From Gemmatimonadota bacterium (lineage in GTDB: Bacteria; Gemmatimonadota; Gemmatimonadetes; Longimicrobiales; Gaopeijiaceae), in assembly GCA_034521595.1 (NCBI GenBank), contig JAXHMG010000003.1, positions 2,368,001 through 2,432,000 of the forward strand: a stretch of DNA of 64,000 bases, read 5' to 3'. The first letter of the stretch is position 1. The number at the start of each line of letters is the position of its first letter. The notes below the pieces were generated by a model, which saw nothing but the letters and a program-made list of their open reading frames with translations, did no database searches and was not told the DNA's origin. A program made the translations under genes and the position numbers. Shown piece by piece: positions 60,917-64,000 of this stretch.

Positions 60917-62460
60917 CCCGCCGCCCGTTGTTCGGCCAGCAAGCTCGTGCCCGTCATCTCCTCGGGTTGCTCCAGCGCCATCAGGGACAGCACGGTGGGT
61001 GCCACGTCGGCGAGCCGGCCACCCTCTCGAAGCGAGGCCGCCTCGCCCCGCGGATCGTACACCAGGAAGTCGACCGGCTCCTTCGTGTGGGCGGTGAACG
61101 GCGAACCGTCCGGCCCGAGCATCTTCTCCGCGTTGCCGTGATCAGCGGTAACGAGCGCGACCCATTCCGGGTGCGCGTCGAGCAGGTCGAGCAGTCGTCC
61201 CAGGCAACCGTCCACCGCCTCCACAGCGGCGACGGCCGCCGGAATCGATCCCGTGTGTCCCACCATATCCGGGTTGGCGAAGTTGACCAGAATGAAGTCG
61301 TAGGTACCGCCCCGGATGCCGTCGGACACGGCCCCTTCGACTTCCGTGGCGCTCATCTCCGGCTGGAGGTCGTAGGTCGACACCTGCGGGGAGGGGACCA
61401 CCGTGCGGTCCTCGCCCGGGCAGGCCGTCTCCTCGCCCCCGTTGAAGAAGTACGTCACGTGGGCATACTTCTCCGTCTCCGCCACTTTGAGCTGCGTCTT
61501 TCCCCGTTCCGCTAGATACTCCGACAACCCGCGCTTCACGTTCTCGGGTGGAAAGGCCACGGCCACCGGCAGGTCAGGCTCGTACTCGGTCATCGTCACG
61601 ACTCGGGAGGCGAGCGTTCCCTTCCGCTCGAAGCCGTCGAAGTCCGGACGGGAGAGCGCTTCCGTGAGCTGGCGCATCCGGTCCGCGCGAAAGTTCATCA
61701 GGAGCACCACATCCTCCTCACGGATGCCGCGCTCCCCCACGCCACGGATGCCGGTGGGCGGGACGAACTCGTCGGTCACGCCCTCCTCGTAGCTCCGCGC
61801 GAGGAACCCCGGGTCGTCCGCCCATGCCTCCGCTTCACCCCGGGCGATCAGGTCATAGGCACGCCTGGTCCGGTCCCAACGCCGGTCGCGGTCCATCGCC
61901 CAGTACCGACCCGTCACCGAGGCGACGGCCCAGCGGTCGCTCCGGGCACAGGACGCGTCGAGCTCGGCCACGTAGTCACGTCCCCCGGTGGGCGACGTGT
62001 CCCGGCCGTCCGTGATGCAGTGCACGCGCACGTCGAGATCCTCGGGAAGCAGGTCCAGCAGCGCCGTGAAATGTCGCGAATGCGCATGGACACCACCATC
62101 CGAAACGAGCCCCACCAGGTGGAGCATTCCCCCGCCGGTCCGCAGCCCTTCCACCAACGCGTCGAGCCCCAGATGCTCGGAGAATGTTCCGTCGTCGATG
62201 GCCAGGTCGATCCGAGCGATATCCTGATAGACGATCCTTCCCGCGCCGAGATTCAGGTGACCGACCTCCGAGTTGCCCATCTGCCCTACAGGAAGGCCGA
62301 CGGCCTCTCCCGAGCAGGCGATCCGCGTCCGAGGCGCGTCATCGAACAGACTCCGGAACCGTGGCACGTCCGCGAGCTCGATGGCGTTGCCCGGATCGGG
62401 CTCGCCACCGAAGTCGGAGTGGCCCCAACCATCGAGAATGACCAGCAGCACCTTGCGCAT
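60913..62460 (-). CDS. gpmI: 2,3-bisphosphoglycerate-independent phosphoglycerate mutase
   Basis: ILDGWG, QMGNSEVGH, GRYWAMDRD, NFRADR, NPDMVGH, TADHGN. Confidence 0.96.
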   Translation of the reverse strand: MRKVLLVILDGWGHSDFGGEPDPGNAIELADVPRFRSLFDDAPRTRIACSGEAVGLPVGQMGNSEVGHLNLGAGRIVYQDIARIDLAIDDGTFSEHLGLDALVEGLRTGGGMLHLVGLVSDGGVHAHSRHFTALLDLLPEDLDVRVHCITDGRDTSPTGGRDYVAELDASCARSDRWAVASVTGRYWAMDRDRRWDRTRRAYDLIARGEAEAWADDPGFLARSYEEGVTDEFVPPTGIRGVGERGIREEDVVLLMNFRADRMRQLTEALSRPDFDGFERKGTLASRVVTMTEYEPDLPVAVAFPPENVKRGLSEYLAERGKTQLKVAETEKYAHVTYFFNGGEETACPGEDRTVVPSPQVSTYDLQPEMSATEVEGAVSDGIRGGTYDFILVNFANPDMVGHTGSIPAAVAAVEAVDGCLGRLLDLLDAHPEWVALVTADHGNAEKMLGPDGSPFTAHTKEPVDFLVYDPRGEAASLREGGRLADVAPTVLSLMALEQPEEMTGTSLLAEQRAAG

Positions 62461-62679
62461 GACCAGATCGACCCCTTGAGTAGCGATGGGAGGCGACCCG
62501 AAGCGCGCGCCTCCGATGCGTGAGCGTATCATGTCGCGTGGGAATCTCAAGGCCCGCGGACGGATCACGCGTGCACCCTCCTCGCGGATCGGCGAGGAGC
62601 TGCCTACCATTCCGGTGATCCTCCAAGGGTACGCTCGTACCGCCGTGACTCCTCGCCTCCGGAAACGGGGTTGGACAAC

Positions 62680-63786
62680 GTGAAGAACGCAGTGGTGTTG
62701 GGACCGGTCGCGCTCGTCGTGGCGGCCGCCGCGTGTGGGCCGGGCAGCCCGACCTCCGAGGAGGCGCGCTTCCGGTCCGGCGGCGACCTCATCGCGGCCG
62801 GCGCACGGGTGGAGCTCTCCGATTCGGTGACCGGCGACGTCATGGGAGCGGGACGCATCGTCCGCTTCACGGGCACGGCCGACGGATCGTTCCTGGGCAT
62901 CGGATCGACCCAGAGGTTGGAGGGAACGGTGCGTGGGAGCTTTCGCGCGGTCGGTGGCGCCGTTCGGGTGAACGGTCGCTCCGACCGGAACACGACACTG
63001 CTCGGCGCCGACGTGAGACTCGAGGAAGGCGCGGACGTCGGGCTGAACGCGTATCTGGTCGGGGGACGCATACGTCAGCAGGGCACCGTCCGTGGGCACC
63101 TCCGGGTCGCGGGCACGGACGTGGTACTGGACGGGCCCGTGGCCGGCAACGTCGACGTGATCGCGAGAAGCTTCACCCTCGGACCGTCCGCACGCATCGA
63201 GGGTGACCTCACCTACCGGGCCCGCGAGGGGCAAACCGCGCTCGATCCCGCGGCGACGGTCGCCGGCGACGTGTCGGCCGTGACCGTCCCGGGGCCCTCC
63301 CTCGCCTTCACACTCCTGTTCGGCGGGGCCCGGGCAGCCGCGTTCCTCCTGGTCGGAGCGTTGGCGCTGCTGGTCGTGCCCGCGCTGGGCGGTACCGCGG
63401 CGCGGTTGAACGAGCGCCCGCTCGCCGCCCTCGGACTCGGGCTGTTGTGGCTCATCGCGATCCCGGTCTTCGCCGGCGCCGCGTTCGTCACGGTCGTCGG
63501 GATCCCCCTGGCCGTCATCACGGCGACGCTGTACGTCGTGGCGCTCTACCTGGCCCCCGTCGTTCCGAGCCGGTGGCTCGGCAGCGCGCTTCTCGACAGC
63601 CCCGGCTCCTCCCCCACGCCACCGGTCCGCGCGTTCCTGGTCGGGGGCGTTCCGGTGGCCGTGCTTCTACTCCTGCCGTGGGTCGGCGCGCCCGCGCGCA
63701 TCCTGGCCACCGCCGTGGGCTTCGGAGCAGTGGTGCTCGCGATCCGTGGTCGACTCGACCGCTCAGCCTCCGCTGACGGAGGGTAG
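62680..63786 (+). CDS. Bactofilin-like beta-helix (polymer-forming) protein with C-terminal TM bundle
   Basis: Lipobox-like AAAC; repeats of V.GD/V.GN/I.GD; about five TMs. Confidence 0.65.
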   Translation: MKNAVVLGPVALVVAAAACGPGSPTSEEARFRSGGDLIAAGARVELSDSVTGDVMGAGRIVRFTGTADGSFLGIGSTQRLEGTVRGSFRAVGGAVRVNGRSDRNTTLLGADVRLEEGADVGLNAYLVGGRIRQQGTVRGHLRVAGTDVVLDGPVAGNVDVIARSFTLGPSARIEGDLTYRAREGQTALDPAATVAGDVSAVTVPGPSLAFTLLFGGARAAAFLLVGALALLVVPALGGTAARLNERPLAALGLGLLWLIAIPVFAGAAFVTVVGIPLAVITATLYVVALYLAPVVPSRWLGSALLDSPGSSPTPPVRAFLVGGVPVAVLLLLPWVGAPARILATAVGFGAVVLAIRGRLDRSASADGG

Positions 63787-63806
63787 CACGACCAGCACCA
63801 CCCGGC

Positions 63807-64000
63807 TCACGCCAGCGTCTCCGCCTTGACACAGACGACGGGGGGCAAGCCGTCCCGCAGGAGTGTCCAGCTGTCGCCGTCGTCGGTCGACGCGTAGACC
63901 TTCCCGCTCCTCGTTCCGAAGTAGACGCCCGCCGGTTCGCGTCCGTCCGTGTCGAGCGCGCCACGAAGGACCGTCTCGTAGGCGTTCTCCTGCGGCAGGC
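63807..64000 (-). CDS. BNR/Asp-box beta-propeller protein, C-terminal part (partial)
   Basis: Manual translation LPQENAYETVLR...VYFGTRSGKVYASTDDGDSW...LPPVVCVKAETLA-stop. Confidence 0.75.
   Translation of the reverse strand, partial: LPQENAYETVLRGALDTDGREPAGVYFGTRSGKVYASTDDGDSWTLLRDGLPPVVCVKAETLA

Overview
A gene-dense, high-GC bacterial chromosome segment. Gene content and style suggest a Gemmatimonadota-like diderm, which is an inference. About 55 CDSs are supportable. They include a sigma54 two-component system divergent from a secreted helical DUF4168-like protein, and two RND efflux operons (one with twin permeases; one ArsR-led and ending in PII-like and YgaP/DUF2892 genes). There is also an ECF sigma/FecR/TonB-receptor cell-surface-signalling locus followed by a triple-fasciclin lipoprotein, ftsH, a three-subunit sdhCAB, and a decaying ~6 kb accessory block (about 29.6-35.9 kb) resembling DosR-type dormancy gene sets. 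The rest comprises EF-G2, a lipoprotein serpin, an Asn-triad ClpP, and a housekeeping run (rhomboid, ddl, cystathionine beta-synthase, mutS, holA, ECF sigma/anti-sigma, M16 peptidase pair, gpmI). I found no tRNA, rRNA, CRISPR array, integrase or transposase. The most notable signals read directly from the DNA are regulatory: a shared GTAGTCA-N17-GTAG promoter-like motif linking the FecI-like sigma to the fasciclin gene, and a sigma54 promoter in front of an ECF sigma whose anti-sigma has ECF-type promoters. Several genes in the accessory block appear internally deleted or frameshifted. Family assignments are by motif recognition only; no database searches were run.
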